Source: Adineta vaga
Taxonomy: Eukaryota > Animalia > Rotifera
Direction of reading: 5' to 3'
Length of the DNA: 64,000 bases
NCBI GenBank assembly: GCA_021613535.1
Contig: CP075493.1
Span: forward strand, 7,316,001 to 7,380,000
In this document: positions 1 through 13,754 of the stretch, in pieces
How positions within the stretch are numbered: position 1 is the first letter of the stretch
How the letters are laid out: each line of letters begins with the position of its first letter
Translations under genes and position numbers: made by a program
Notes under the pieces: generated by a model
The model's database searches: none
What the model was told of the DNA's origin: nothing
The model's input: only the letters and a program-made list of their open reading frames with translations

Positions 1-196
1 CACCAGCGCCTGGAAAAAATAATCAAGAATGAAATATATCAGTAAATGAATTTATTTTACCCAAGAGAAGTAATCGATAAGTAGCTTTATAAATTTTTTC
101 ATCTTGTTTTAATTTGGCATTGATTTGCTTATTGATTTGTTCACGCTTTTTCTCCTCATCATTTTTCGGTGCAATACAACTCCAAAGTTTCGGCAT
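1..196 (-). CDS. Heterotrimeric G-protein alpha subunit, Gs-like (5' part only; gene runs off the window)
   Basis: Exon 1 (196-61) encodes MPKLWSC...INAKLKQDEKIYKATYRLLLLG. A GT-AG intron (60-10) follows, then G-A-G(E), giving the RLLLLGAGE P-loop. KIYKATYRLLLLG resembles Galpha-s QVYRATHRLLLLG. Confidence 0.85.
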
Positions 197-621
197 TTTG
201 ATTTTCTTATTTAATTGATCAACATATTCTAATGAACAATTCGTCATCTGGAGCCATGCATGCACGCAGAGATGCGCGTCGTTAACAAATGTTTTTGATT
301 TTGTTTTTTATCGACTAACAAAAGAAAAAACGTTCTTGTCGAATTAATCTAAAAGAATTAATCAAGAAGAAATTCATCATAAACAATTTCAGCATGTCGA
401 TGTTACATATACGACCGCATATAATGTCTGAAAGACGAAAATTTATGACAAGCTAAGATTAGCAAATGTGCCCAAAATAGCTCACTAGACATCTATGCAC
501 TTGTTAATGATTAAAAACAATAAAGTAAAAGACAAAGGAAAAAAACAAGATTTTTTTCTGAGGAAATTTTTTTTCGAAAATGTCTAAAACTGTAATATGA
601 TTTGTTCTGATCAGATTCGAG

Positions 622-687
622 GTGTTGTTGTTATTATCATTAGAATTATTATTATTATTATTATTATTATTGTTGTTGTTGTTGTTT
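622..687. repeat. Compound (TTG)n/(TTA)n microsatellite
   Basis: Directly visible trinucleotide runs. They explain the spurious poly-N ORF 504..731. Confidence 0.9.
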
Positions 688-987
688 ATTTGTATCGAAC
701 GAGCAATTGAGATTGATGGTTGGTGGAACAAATGATGAAATCTTATTGGTGGAAAAATTGACCTATAGGAAAAAAAGAGAGTTGTTAAAATTTAAAATTT
801 TGATTTTTTGAATTGTCTCAAACGTAAGTTAAGATTTTTTTTCTATTTAAAAGATACTAGAACTGAATTAGTAATGAAAATTTTGATTAATTTCAAAAAA
901 GAAAGGTTATCACTCGAAACTAAAACTTGTCGGCTATATCAAAATGTTTAAATTATATAATTTGAAAGAATTTCGTTTGGTTTAGAA

Positions 988-3900
988 ATGTCATCGACTT
1001 TGTTCTATGATAGTGATGACGAACGTGATAGTTTTGACATTGACCGTCGACGAATTGAATCATTTCAATCGAATTTCTTATCGGCGTCCATTGAAAGTAG
1101 TGACGATGACGACGAAGGTATAATTGATGGCACCAAAATTCCTTCATCAACTAAATTAAAAGGTCGTGCTCGACATTCATATCTGGATATATCAAATCTA
1201 TCATCATCATCCTCTTCACAAGAACAAATACAAAACGATGACGATGATAATGAACAAAATCCATTCGATATTATTTCCAAATCTATCGATATAGATAGTA
1301 TTAAACCCGTGAAGAAGAAGAAAAAGAGTCTTGGTGTACCAAAATCTAGAGTTCTACTAGATACAACGGATATTTATGATCAAGATGATAGTAATGATAA
1401 CAAACGATCAGATCTAAACAATTATGGTAAAATAAAATGATCTGAAAGAAACTTTTTTATTATTTTCGATTTGAAATAGATGACGATGATGGTGATAGAC
1501 GACCAAGTAAATCGAAATCAACTGAGAAAGTAAGATTGATATATTGAAACATGTTTGTTTGTTTGTTTGTTTCTTTTTCAGTCCAAAATTCGAAAACCAA
1601 CCAAAGCAGCTATACTGGAAACAGAACGAAAAATGCAACAACTCAGTCGATGTAAGATGAGGTCAAGTTTATTTTGAAGTTAGAAACTATTGTTGATATG
1701 TATGCGCTTGTAATTCCATTAGAAATATGTCTTGTCATAGTTACCAGTTAATCTCATTCAGATCGATCTGTTCTGTTGTTACATCAACACTCAATGAGAG
1801 CAAGAAAAGAGCATTGATGTTCTTTTTTGTGTCAATATTTTGACAAGAGTACTGATTTGTGAATAAACGATCAAGAACATTGAACTTGTCAAGTTGAAGG
1901 TCATAGAAAAGAAAAGATAATAGATGCAAAGAATAGTTCCGTTCAGAATCAGAATAATATGCATTGAACATGTAATTAGTAATATTCATAGCGAAGCTTA
2001 GTAAAGATTAAAAAAAAATGATAGCATATCGACAATTTTTTATCTAGCTGAACATCTGGTATTGCCTACATTCATACCAAAACCATTAGAAACATGGCAT
2101 GCATTAGAAAAACGATCTCGTCAAGAACTTTTGAATGAAATTCGTGCAAAGTAATCAAGTTTACTCTTAGAAATGTAATATTCATTTATTTCTTATAGAA
2201 ATCCTTCGTTTACTCCTCAAGATCCGGAACTACCTGATTTACCTGTTGTAGATGTCGAATCTACGGCTTCATCGACTCTAGCTGATTTAACAAAATTAAT
2301 CGATGATAAGCCAACTCAATCATCGAATAGATTGAATAAATTGAGTCGATTTCTCAATCCTGATATTTTGAAAAAGAAACCAACTATATCAAATATTGGA
2401 AAAGAATCGAATGTAATGATCGATTTGACTGATACAAAAAAAGCACCAAGCCAGTAAGAAAATGATTAGCTGATTTTATTTCAACTATTATTCATTTGTT
2501 TTAGCCCTACGATGAAATCAGCCGTTCATATTTCACTTGGTATGTGTGTATTCGTAGAATTTTATAGAATGATTTCATTTTTTCTCGATTAGATTGTATT
2601 AAATCTCCATCATCGACTAAGAAATTAGTTGAAATGCAAAAACAACTTGGTATTCGAATGCGAGCAAAACGAACAGCTATGTTAGCTGATAATGTAATTA
2701 ATATGAAAGATGAAGTCGAAGATGAAGAAGAGGTAGAAGATATTAATGAAGTTGATGATGATGATTCAATGGATAGTACCAATGAAAGTAATGATGCAAA
2801 TTCAGACGTTATGTCAACGATAGATAAAGAAAATGTAAATATATGAAAATAAATATTTTGATTGAAGAATGAAAATAATTCTATTTTAAGGATGATTTAC
2901 ATATGGATGATGAAGAGACAAAACAATCGATTAGTAAGTAATGGTTTATGACAGAAAAAAAAACCTAGATATTCTGTTTAGCTGATGACGAAGAAGATGA
3001 CGAGGAAGAGCAAGAAGAAGAGAGTAAAAAAGAAAATACACAATCGTCGTCGAATCCAAATCGACCATCATTAAAAGTAATTTTAGTTTTTGAAATGGTT
3101 TTTGGCGAATATAATTTCTATATAGACGATACTTACACGTTTGGAATCATCCAGTGAACAAGTACAACCACCAACGCCAGCGTAAGTAGAAAAGATATCT
3201 ATTCTGAACAAGAATTATATAGATGATTTAGAGAGCAAAATGGTCAAACTGAATGGTTTAATTCTGCACGTCCAGCACAATTCGATTCTGAACTTGAAAT
3301 GCTTTGTTCCGGGGCATTCGATGGAGAGAACATGTAAATATTTCTTATTTACCATACATATCTATTATATTGATCTTTTTATTCTATTGTAGAGTTCCAC
3401 TATCACAAAATTATACTCGTGTAGAACCAATGAATTTTTCTCCATTACCACCAACACAAGCCGAAGATAATGATGAAGACGAAGATTTGACAGTACGACG
3501 TCCAAAAGTTCGTCAATTAGTTGATGACGATGATGAAGAAGGAACTGATTCTAATAAGCAATTAACTGGTGCCAGTAATGATGCTCAGGAAAGTGAACAA
3601 GAAGAAGAAGAAGAAGAAGAAGATGATGATGATGATCAACAAGAAGAAGACATCGAAGATAATGAAGAATTAGTTGATTATAAAAAACAATTATTCGAAA
3701 TGGAAGCCGAAGAATCAGGTTTGAATAATAAGATATATTGTGTCGAACGAATATTCCTACGTTTCTTTCATAATAGGAAGTGATGATGAAAAAACTAAAA
3801 ATAATGATGACGAAAGTGATAGTGATGATGATGATGATGAACCCGATGAAGAATTACAAAGATTTATTGACACAGCAGCTGTTGAAATCGATGAAGATGA

Positions 3901-5133
3901 AGCCGATAATATGGCTAAAGTTCATTTGTAAGTAATCAATTCTGTCCGTAATATCTATTTAACTGTATTATGATGTTGGTTTTTTAGGAAAATTAAAGCT
4001 AAAGAAGATGAACATCAATTAAAATTACTTAAAGAACAATATCTTGATTTTGATGGTGATGATGATGGACGACGAATAAAACTTTCTAAAAGTAAATATA
4101 AAAATAGAACATTTTTCAGTTGAAGAGAAATTCTCTACTTCTGATCTTTCTTCTATAGATCCAAGAGATGATGATGACGAAGAAGACAACGATCCTGATT
4201 ATAATAGTGAAATGGCAGAAGATGAAGATGATGATGATGAAGATAATGAAGATGATCCAATGAATTTGAAAGATCGAATGAGTGAACTAGAACGACAACG
4301 TTCGATACAAGATACTCAAGTAAAATTTAAACAATAAATGATTTTTGTTTTTGTCAAAGAGAAGAAATATTTCTGTTCTTCTTTAGGCTGAAGAACTTCA
4401 TTTGGATGAAGATTTAGATAGTATTGGTCAAAATAGTTTAATGTTCAAGAAAGGTTTAGTATTGAAACAGAAAAGAATTCAAAGTAAGTGAAATGTTTCT
4501 GTTCTATATAGGATGGGTGGATATGATATCTATGTTCACCCTCAAGGATTGTCAGATCATAGAAACAGTCAATAGATTTTGTAATTCAATTTTGTGTTTT
4601 AGGTACGACAACAACAACAACAACTCATATTGAAACAAATACTGAAACAAAAACTGATTCAACAACTAAGAAAACGAATCAAACTCGTTCTGTCACTCTT
4701 AGTTCTGTTCTCTTAGCAAAACGATTTAGTTCGACACTTTTAGTACCAGTTAATCGAACTAATGTCGCTGCATCTAATTCGAATAATACGAATGAAACAT
4801 CACTGACAGCTAAAAAACAACATAATCCTCGACGACATGTTTTTACAACAAATATAACATCAACAACTGGTGCAAATGAAAATCAAAATCCAATTCCATC
4901 AACTGCAATTTCATCTGGTGAAAAAGTAAATAAATCGAGTCTTTTTGTTTCCACAAATGCATGTAACTGTGAATATATTTGATTTCTAGCGATCCAATTC
5001 AACTGATAAATCTCCGAAAACGAAGATTAAACGATTCAAACAATCAACTACAACAGCTCCTCCCACGGTTACGAACAAAGAATCATCGGCTAGTGTATTT
5101 TCCGCTTTAGCACTTTCCAATACACGTCATTAA
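988..5133 (+). CDS. CLSPN: Claspin-like replication checkpoint mediator (multi-exon)
   Basis: Highly acidic multi-exon protein. ELEMLCSGAF (3290-3319) matches the Chk1-binding motif ExxxLC(S/T)GxF. FEMEAEESGSDD and RFIDT...KVHL...KEDEHQLKLLKEQYL resemble the Claspin/Mrc1 C-terminal region. Stop TAA at 5131-5133. Confidence 0.75.
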
Positions 5134-5922
5134 CCTGTTCAACAACCAATTCCAAAATCTCTCAATCTTGCATGACTTGTCAGATCTCTCTTTTCTTCCT
5201 TCTATGTAATTAAACACTTATATTTAACCACCTTTATTTTTTATATGTATGTTTGTCAGAAAAGTCATTTTGTTCTTTACTTGTATTGCTCAAATTATTT
5301 TTTTTGTTCCTTTACTTTTTTGATGAACTTACTTAGCTTTGTGTGTATTAGTTCTTCCATATGCATGTTCTTTACTTGGATTCGGTGAACAAAAAAAACC
5401 GATAGAAATTAGTCAGATAGAGAAATAAAACAAAAAATATGACTCAGATAGTGGAAAAAAGAAGAAAATTTCTATAATGTTGTGCAGTTCAATTGATATC
5501 ATTGAATGACATATGATAGTTTTCTATCAATACCTATTTTCTTGTATCAAATTCTTACAAAAAATTTTGATTCGTTCACATATTACTCAATAGAATACTA
5601 TCAACTCCATGGTTTATTTCATGAGTAAATATAATTTCATACGGTTACGAAATCCATCAATGTGTTACTTTTACCTGATGATTATTTACTGTCTTTTGAA
5701 GAAAAAAAACACAACAAAAATAATCCAATAAACAACATGACCATGTGTGCATCATCGACTAAATACAAAGTTTTTTCCGATAATGAATACGACTATCAAT
5801 GTTGTTCTTACCATGTTGAGTCATATATTCCGATAGAATACTTTATCATTTCGTTGAGAAAAGATCGGCAAACAACGTTTCGTTTTTATTTTTCTAGATT
5901 GTAACACAAAAAATAGTTGAAA

Positions 5923-7464
5923 ATGTCTGACGATGAAGACATGGTTGATAATGATGATTTTGATAATGATTATAACAATGATGAAGAAGAACCGGATGAT
6001 GATCTTGAAAATCAATATTATTTTTCGGAAGCACTGATGGAAGATGATTCCGATGCTGCTCTAGAAAGTTTTAAGAATGTTCTTTCATTAGAAAAGAAAG
6101 TTGGTACAAAAGGTGATTGGGGTTTTAAATCATTAGAACAAATGGTGAAAATTTATTTAAAAAAGAAAGATTTCGATCAAATGTTAACGTCTTATGAAGA
6201 ATTGTAAGATACATCTGTAATCATTAACACTAGAATAAATTCAAACGCTAATACTTTACCTAGATAAGTTTAACATGATATTTAATTTTATATTTAGATT
6301 AACCTACATCAAGTCAGCAGTGACACGAAATGAAAGTGAAAAAACTGTCAATTCTATCATCGATCAAATATCGATATCTGGACAACTAGATCTAATAGAA
6401 AAGTTCTTCCAAACAACGCTAAATGCATTGAAAGAAGCAAAAAATAATCGTCTTTGGTTTAAAGTTTATCTTAAATTAGGAAAATTATATGAAGAACAAC
6501 AAGATTATAATAAATTACCAAAAGTCATCAAAGATTTATACAAATTATGTGATTCACCAGAAGGTGAACTTCATTTTTCTTTTTTAAAAACTAAAAACAT
6601 TCATATGAACTTTGTAGGTGTCGATAGTCAACATCGTGGTACTCAATTATTAGAAATTTATGCTCTAGAAATTCAAATGCATACATCACAGAAGAATAAT
6701 AAAAAATTAAAACAATTATATGAAGCATCTTTACATATCAAATCAGCCATACCTCATCCATTAATCATGGGTTTGTTGTAATTATATTTCTATTCATTTC
6801 TCGAAATAAATTTTTGTATGCCATTATAGGTGTTATACGAGAATGCGGTGGTAAAATGCATTTACGTGAGCAAGAATATGAAAAAGCACATACAGATTTT
6901 TTTGAAGCTTTCAAAAATTATGATGAACCCGGTTCACCACGTCGTATAACCTGTTTAAAATATCTTGTTTTAGCTAATATGTTAATGCGTTCAACAATAA
7001 ATCCATTTGATTCTCAAGAAGCTAAACCCTACAAAGATAATCCTGATATTCAAGCAATGACAAATCTTATTGGTGCTTATCAAAATAATAATATTAAAGA
7101 ATTCGAAACTATCCTACAAAAAAATCGTCAATCAATTATGGATGATCCATTTATTCGTGAACATATTGAAATTCTTTTACGTACGATACGAACTAAAGTT
7201 TTAGTTCGATTGATAAAACCTTATACAAAGATTCATATGAAATTTATTGCCCATGAATTAAATATTGACACATATGAAGTTGAGAATCTCTTAATATCTT
7301 GCATTCTCGATCAAACAATTCAAGGTAAAATAGATCAAGCTAATAGTGTCCTCGAACTTGATCAACAACAAAATATTCAAGGTTTACATCGTTATCAAGC
7401 TATCAATAAAGTTTTGACACAATTACAAACAATTCAAAATTCTTTTATACAACGATTTCAATAA
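5923..7464 (+). CDS. COPS2: COP9 signalosome subunit 2
   Basis: [72 protein letters not shown] domain; 3 short introns. Confidence 0.97.
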
Positions 7465-8142
7465 TTACCTTTTCTATGAACACAATTTTATTTTCAATGT
7501 AAATCAAGATAAATTTCTTTTTCATTTTTTTTAAATTTTTTTCATTTAAAATATATATTTCAAAGTCCAATAGAAATAGAATCAATATGTATATATATAT
7601 TGCATACTTAAATCATGTAATCATTATTTTTTTCTCTTCATATAAATTTATGCGACGTATTTGATTACCATATGTCATCAACCATAGAGAGTCGTCGCAG
7701 CTGTTTCTCTATTTCGTTTATTAGATATTTTTCTTTTACTTTTTCAATAATAACAGATTCTTGTCAAAAAAGTTTTCATTTGCTCATTTTTGATAACCCG
7801 ACATTTGCGAACATGTATATATACGCCTGTACTCTGCACGACTATTGTTTTAATTACATGTATATAGCATCGTTTCTTTCCCATGACACGTTTTTTTCTA
7901 TTTACTTTGGCTTTTTTTTTCTATTTTGTTTTTGCGCAAGAAATCGTACCACACATGATGTGTAGACATGATTACATGCGTGTCCGGACCGTGTTCTTAG
8001 GTTGAAAGGAACAAAAAGCGAGAGAAGAAAAAAATAACGTTAGTAGGCAGTGGATTTTTTTATCTCATTTTGATGTTTTTCTTCTCTCGTATATTGTACA
8101 TTCTGAATTGAATAGAAAATTGACTATATTTTTTTTAGTACA

Positions 8143-11100
8143 ATGAGTGGTGATTCAGCAAAACAAAATACATCAGCATCGACTACAAGTATGAATGTTC
8201 ACGATTGGAAGCGTGCTATGAAGGTTAGTATACATTCCATTAGAAATAATATTCTTATCTCGGATTGACACCCACACTTTCGGTACCTCATTTTCATCAG
8301 CGAACGAATAACTCACATTTCAAATATCTATCTCTTTTTAAATTCAATATCAGTTTATTATTAATGGTAAGCAAGTATGTTTTTCTGTTATTAATATACT
8401 TACGATTGACAGATACATCATAAAATTAATGAAAATTTGCATCGATTACAGAAAGTAATAAAAAAAGGACTCATGAATGTTTATGAAATAAGACCTTGAA
8501 GAGTGTGATTAAGTGTAAAACATATACATATCCTTCGTTTCTGTCCTTTTGTATTTTACGTTCCAAGATTGGTTTACTGTAGAATATTCATCCATTTAAA
8601 TATATGAGTCATACATAATAAAAACACATCGATATCCTTTGTTCGAAATATATTTTGAATAATGAGTATTTACTTTGATTAGATATTAATCGTGTATCTA
8701 TATTTAGATGGACATGAAAGGCAAACTTAAAGATGAAATAAAACAAAAAGATCCAAATAGTCGATTGTTTTATCAACATCAAGCGTTTGCTGAAACTGCT
8801 GTTAATGCTCTTGAACAACGTACACTCCTTGATGTTGATTCTGAACCGTAAATAAAACAAATTACTCAACACTTTTATTCTTTTTTTTCTGTTCAATTAG
8901 ATGGAATACACGTCATACAAGTATCATTTGTACTCTAGGTATATAGAAATTGAAACGAATTATCTTCGCTAAAAATTTGAAAATCGTTTTGTAGGTCCTG
9001 CATCACAAAGTGTGGACATGATTGAAAAGATGATCAACGCTGGAATGAATGTTGCTCGATTGAACTTTTCTCATGGTTCCTATGAAGTATGAATAGAAGA
9101 ATTTCATAGTGATGGAAAAATAACTCGTATTCTTTTCTCATTTCTTTAGTATCATAAACAAAGTATTGATAATGTTCGAGAAGCTGAAAATAGAAGCAAA
9201 GAAAATGGAGCAGTACGAACTATTGCTATTGCTTTGGATACGAAAGGACCTGAAATTCGTACGGGTATACTTGCTGAAGTAAGACAATTACAAATTTCAA
9301 TAATAATCGATGGAAATGAATATTCATTAGGGAGTGAATAGTGAACTTGATTTACAAACTGGAATGATGGTCCATGTCACTACCGATAGCAGCTATGAAA
9401 ATAAATCAACGAAAGATAATTTATATGTTGATTATAAAAATATAGTTCAAGTGATTAAAGTAAACAATCGAATCTTTATTGATGATGGTTTAATTTCATT
9501 ATTAGTCAGAAAAATCGGTTTGTAAAAGATTATTTATTCGTTATTATCAATCATGATAATGTTTTCTTTTAGGAGAAAATTATCTCGATTGTGAAGTTGA
9601 AAATGGAGGTCTTCTAGGTAGTCGAAAAGGTGTGAACTTACCTGGTGTACCTGTTGATTTACCAGCAGTATCAGAGAAAGATAAAGCCGATCTCAACTTT
9701 GCTGTAGACAATGATGTAAGAAATCAATTGACAATGATAAAGAATGTTCATTTTTCGATCGTTTCTTTTCTTTAGCTTGATATGATTTTTGCTAGTTTTA
9801 TTCGTAATGCCGAAGGTGTTCGTATCATTCGAAATTTACTTGGTGATAAAGGAAAAAGTATGAAAATAATTGCAAAAATTGAAAATCATCAAGGCATTCA
9901 AAAGTAAATAGAAAAATTGTTTCGTTTTTCTATGAAAGACTACAAAGATTCGGATTTGAATTAGTTTTGATGAGATTTTACAAGAATCAGATGGTATTAT
10001 GGTGGCACGTGGTGATATGGGTATTGAAATTCCACCACAAAAGGTTTTTGTTGCACAAAAAATGATGATTGCTAAATGTAATCAAGCAGGTAAACCTGTT
10101 ATATGTGCTACACAAGTAATTCTAGTTTCTTTTTTATGAATATGATTTGTTTTATTTTACGTTTGAAATAGATGTTAGAAAGTATGATTAAAAATCCTCG
10201 TCCAACTCGTGCAGAAGTTAGTGATGTTGCTAATGCTGTTTTGGATAATACTGATTGTATTATGTTATCTGGTGAATCAGCAAAAGGAAAATATCCTGTT
10301 CAATGTATTCAATTAATGCATGAAGTTTGTTGAATAGATTTCAGATGATTTTTGAATACATATATGTATACATATTGACGTTTTGTCTATTTTAGATTGC
10401 TCGTGAAGCTGAAGCATGTTTATTTCATCGTGAACTATTTGAAAATCTTCGTTATTTTACTAAACCACCATTAGTAAAAGAAAATAAATAGAATTAATTG
10501 ATTTTCTACTACGAGATTATTCTTTCTATCTCAGGATCAAATACAATCAGCTGCAATAGCTGCTGTTGAAGCGGCTTTTCGAAGTTTTGCTTCTATTATT
10601 GTCGTTTTAACTCATTCCGGAGAGTAGGAAAATTCCAAATTGTTTTTGATAAAAAATCTAAAAATTTTCTCTGAATAGATCTGCTCGTCTTATTGCTCAA
10701 TATCGTCCACGAGCTGTTATTATGGCAGTTACACGATCATTGAGAACTGCTAGGCAATTACATTTGTATCGTGGTTGTTGTCCTGTTTATGTCGAAGGTA
10801 ACTGATTTGACTTCGTTAATAAAACATTTATTATCAATCCCTTTTTTTAGCTGGACGAAGTAAGTTATCGACCGTTTGTATTTCATTTCTTATAAGTTTT
10901 TTTTAAAATTTAATTAGAAATAAATCAGTTTGATGATAATGAAAGTAACAGTAAGTCGATCATTTCGAATTTTCTTAATATCAACCGTAAATTCTTGTAC
11001 TTTTGATTTTAGATCAAGATGCGCAAAGTAAGAGGGAACTTTTATATGACGAAAAAAAATTTCTTTAAATTACTTTAGATCCGGATCATGGAGAAATAGT

Positions 11101-11364
11101 TGCATTTAAACAACATAATATCTCCACTACACAAGCTTTAGCTATGAGTGATTGGTTACTTGATATTGATGCACGTGTTATTGATGCAATAAAAGTTGCT
11201 AAAGATCGTGGTTTTTGCTCGACTAATGATGCCGTTATCGTTGTAACAGGATGGGTAAGTGCTTTTTTTCTCATTTTCCATTCCTCTTATTGAAATTTCT
11301 CTTTTATTTATAGCGTCCTGGTTATGGTACAACAAATACATTACGTATTATTTATGCCGAATAG
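8143..11364 (+). CDS. PK: Pyruvate kinase (about 18 exons, including 3 microexons)
   Basis: [94 protein letters not shown]|[11 protein letters not shown]. Stop TAG at 11362-11364. Confidence 0.97.
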
Positions 11365-12407
11365 ATTACCATTTTTATAATCATGCGTTTTTTTCCGAAA
11401 TATATTTAAACAACAACGTATTTTTTTCATATCATTATCGAGAGATAATAACAATCGAAAGTCTGAAGAACGGAAATATTTAACTACTCCAAATACATAA
11501 CATAATTGATTTCTGCACATTGATTTTCTTTTTTAATATGACTAAGCAGTACTTTCATGATTAAAAATAGTCTGTTAAGATCTTCTATATTCAATATTAA
11601 TAATTCTTTTAAGTGATTTCCTAACTTGATGATATCAATCCTCATAAGAATATTCACTACAACATGACATTTGATTCTATTTTCATTTCTTAAGAGATTC
11701 TAGGTCAATCTCTATTAATATAACCATCAACGCAACAGTGCTGTTTTTCATCTTTCTCACTATTCTATCGGACAATCATGCATGAAGAATAATTTATTAA
11801 AATGTGAATACTCTTAGTCAATTGTAAAAACTGTATTTTCGATATCTAAAGATTAAATTCTCGAAGAATGTTTATTTTCTTATCTTAATGAATAGAAAAA
11901 GACGAATTAACCTGTGGAAAATTAATAACTCTCGCTTTCAATATAAAATTCGAATGAGAAGATTGAATTTATCATAAGCAGCTGCTCATCATACCGACAA
12001 TGGATGAGAGATGACTGAATTGAACATAATCATTCAATAATGATGAATAATCTCAATTATCGATAGAATGAAAAAGGAATATATTGACCGACCAATACCA
12101 ATTCGTTTTCTTCTCTCTTCTTCTCAATTGAGAACATTTTCTCTTTCTTCTCTATTCATTCTCCACCAATGAAATCGTTCCTTCGATTACTTTCTTGCTG
12201 AGTTACAAGATGACGATCATTCATCAAGATTATTTGAAGTTGAATTCTATTTCTCACTAGTTTTAACCTGTTGGATCGGCAATTGTCTAACATCAAACAA
12301 AATATTTTCAGTCAATTGTTTTCCTTACCAGTCAAAAAGAAATATCAGAAAACATTTCTCTCGTCAATCTACATATATATATGGCATCATTTCTTTAAAT
12401 ACAGAAT

Positions 12408-12579
12408 ATGTCTTCAATTTTTCCAACGTGGTTCACTGAAACAATGTTACTTCAACGAAAACATTTCATCTCGGAACGATCCAATGAAGATTTAGCGGAA
12501 CGATTAAAATATTTACTTGGTGTACAATATTATGCTGGTATACTTACACCACCATCAACAACATCATCAGAATATATTA

Positions 12580-12613
<34 letters not shown>

Positions 12614-13754
12614 TGTTGATGACAACGATAATGATGGACATGAAGATCATGATGAAACAAGAATGGATATATCCAACGATCTTTATCAATGTAAAGATTG
12701 TGACAAAAGATTTTCTACATCACATGGTTTAGAAGTTCATGTTCGACGTACACATTCATCCGAAATTCGACCTTATTCATGTGATCTTTGTTCAAAAACA
12801 TTCAGTCATACGTTATCACTTGCTCAACATCGTACAACTCATACACAAGAACGATGTTTTCAATGTAAAATCTGTGGGAAATCATTTAAACGTTCATCAA
12901 CTTTATCTACACATTTATTAATTCATTCCGATACGCGCCCATATTCATGCGCACATTGTGGCAAACGTTTCCATCAAAAATCTGATATGAAAAAGCATAC
13001 ATATATTCATACAGGTAATTTTCTTTTCAATCTCAGTAAAAGCTATAGAATGATCAATGTCAATCAGATAGATTAGCTCTGATGCCATATCGATATCGAT
13101 TTAGGAAGAAGAAGGATGATGATGATGACGACGACGACGAAGATGCATGATACAATTAACCAGATGTCATCAGTTCTCTTGAGAAAAAATATGATGATGA
13201 CCATTTTAAACATTGATAGGAACCTTGTTAACTATGCACACTTAAAGAAAAAGAACGAGCGTCATTTAAGAAATGACGCATGATTTTCGCACATAAGCAC
13301 TTTCTTTTTTCTTCAGTTGTTCTCAAGAGATTGAGCAGATCCTTTAGATTATCTTCTTTTGTTGTGTTGTGTTCATCTGGAAAGATGAAATAATCAAGGG
13401 AAATTGAAAATAAAAGTTTTTATCTATTTAGGAGAAAAACCACATAAATGTGTTGTCTGTGGAAAAGCTTTTTCTCAATCATCCAATTTGATAACACATA
13501 GTCGTAAACATACGGGATTCAAACCATTTCAATGTCATAAATGTTTACGTGCATTTCAACGAAAAGTCGATCTTCGTCGCCATATTGATACTCAACATGG
13601 TGCCGAGTTCATACAAGAGAATTTATCTCTCAAATCCAAACTAATTGATCCACATTTAAACAGTAGTTTGAATGAAAGTAATCATTCGACAAGTAATGGA
13701 GGAAAATATGGACCGATTGGATCATTAATACAAGAATTGGCTGCTCGACATTGA
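12408..13754 (+). CDS. Gfi1/senseless/PAG-3 family C2H2 zinc-finger transcription factor
   Basis: Six C2H2 fingers with the diagnostic [56 protein letters not shown] and [10 protein letters not shown]; one intron (~13015-13431). Confidence 0.93.

Noticed and set aside
128-160. Shared peptide EKKREQINK in the G-alpha N-terminus and the MRPL45 C-terminus (~43460-43490)
   Set aside because: Short, compositionally biased, and the codons differ; coincidence.
504-731. Poly-Asn ORF
   Set aside because: Translation of a microsatellite in the G-alpha/Claspin intergenic region.
12169-12201. MKSFLRL mini-ORF as a SNAG exon for the Gfi1 gene
   Set aside because: It lacks Pro2, stops after 10 codons and has no convincing donor.
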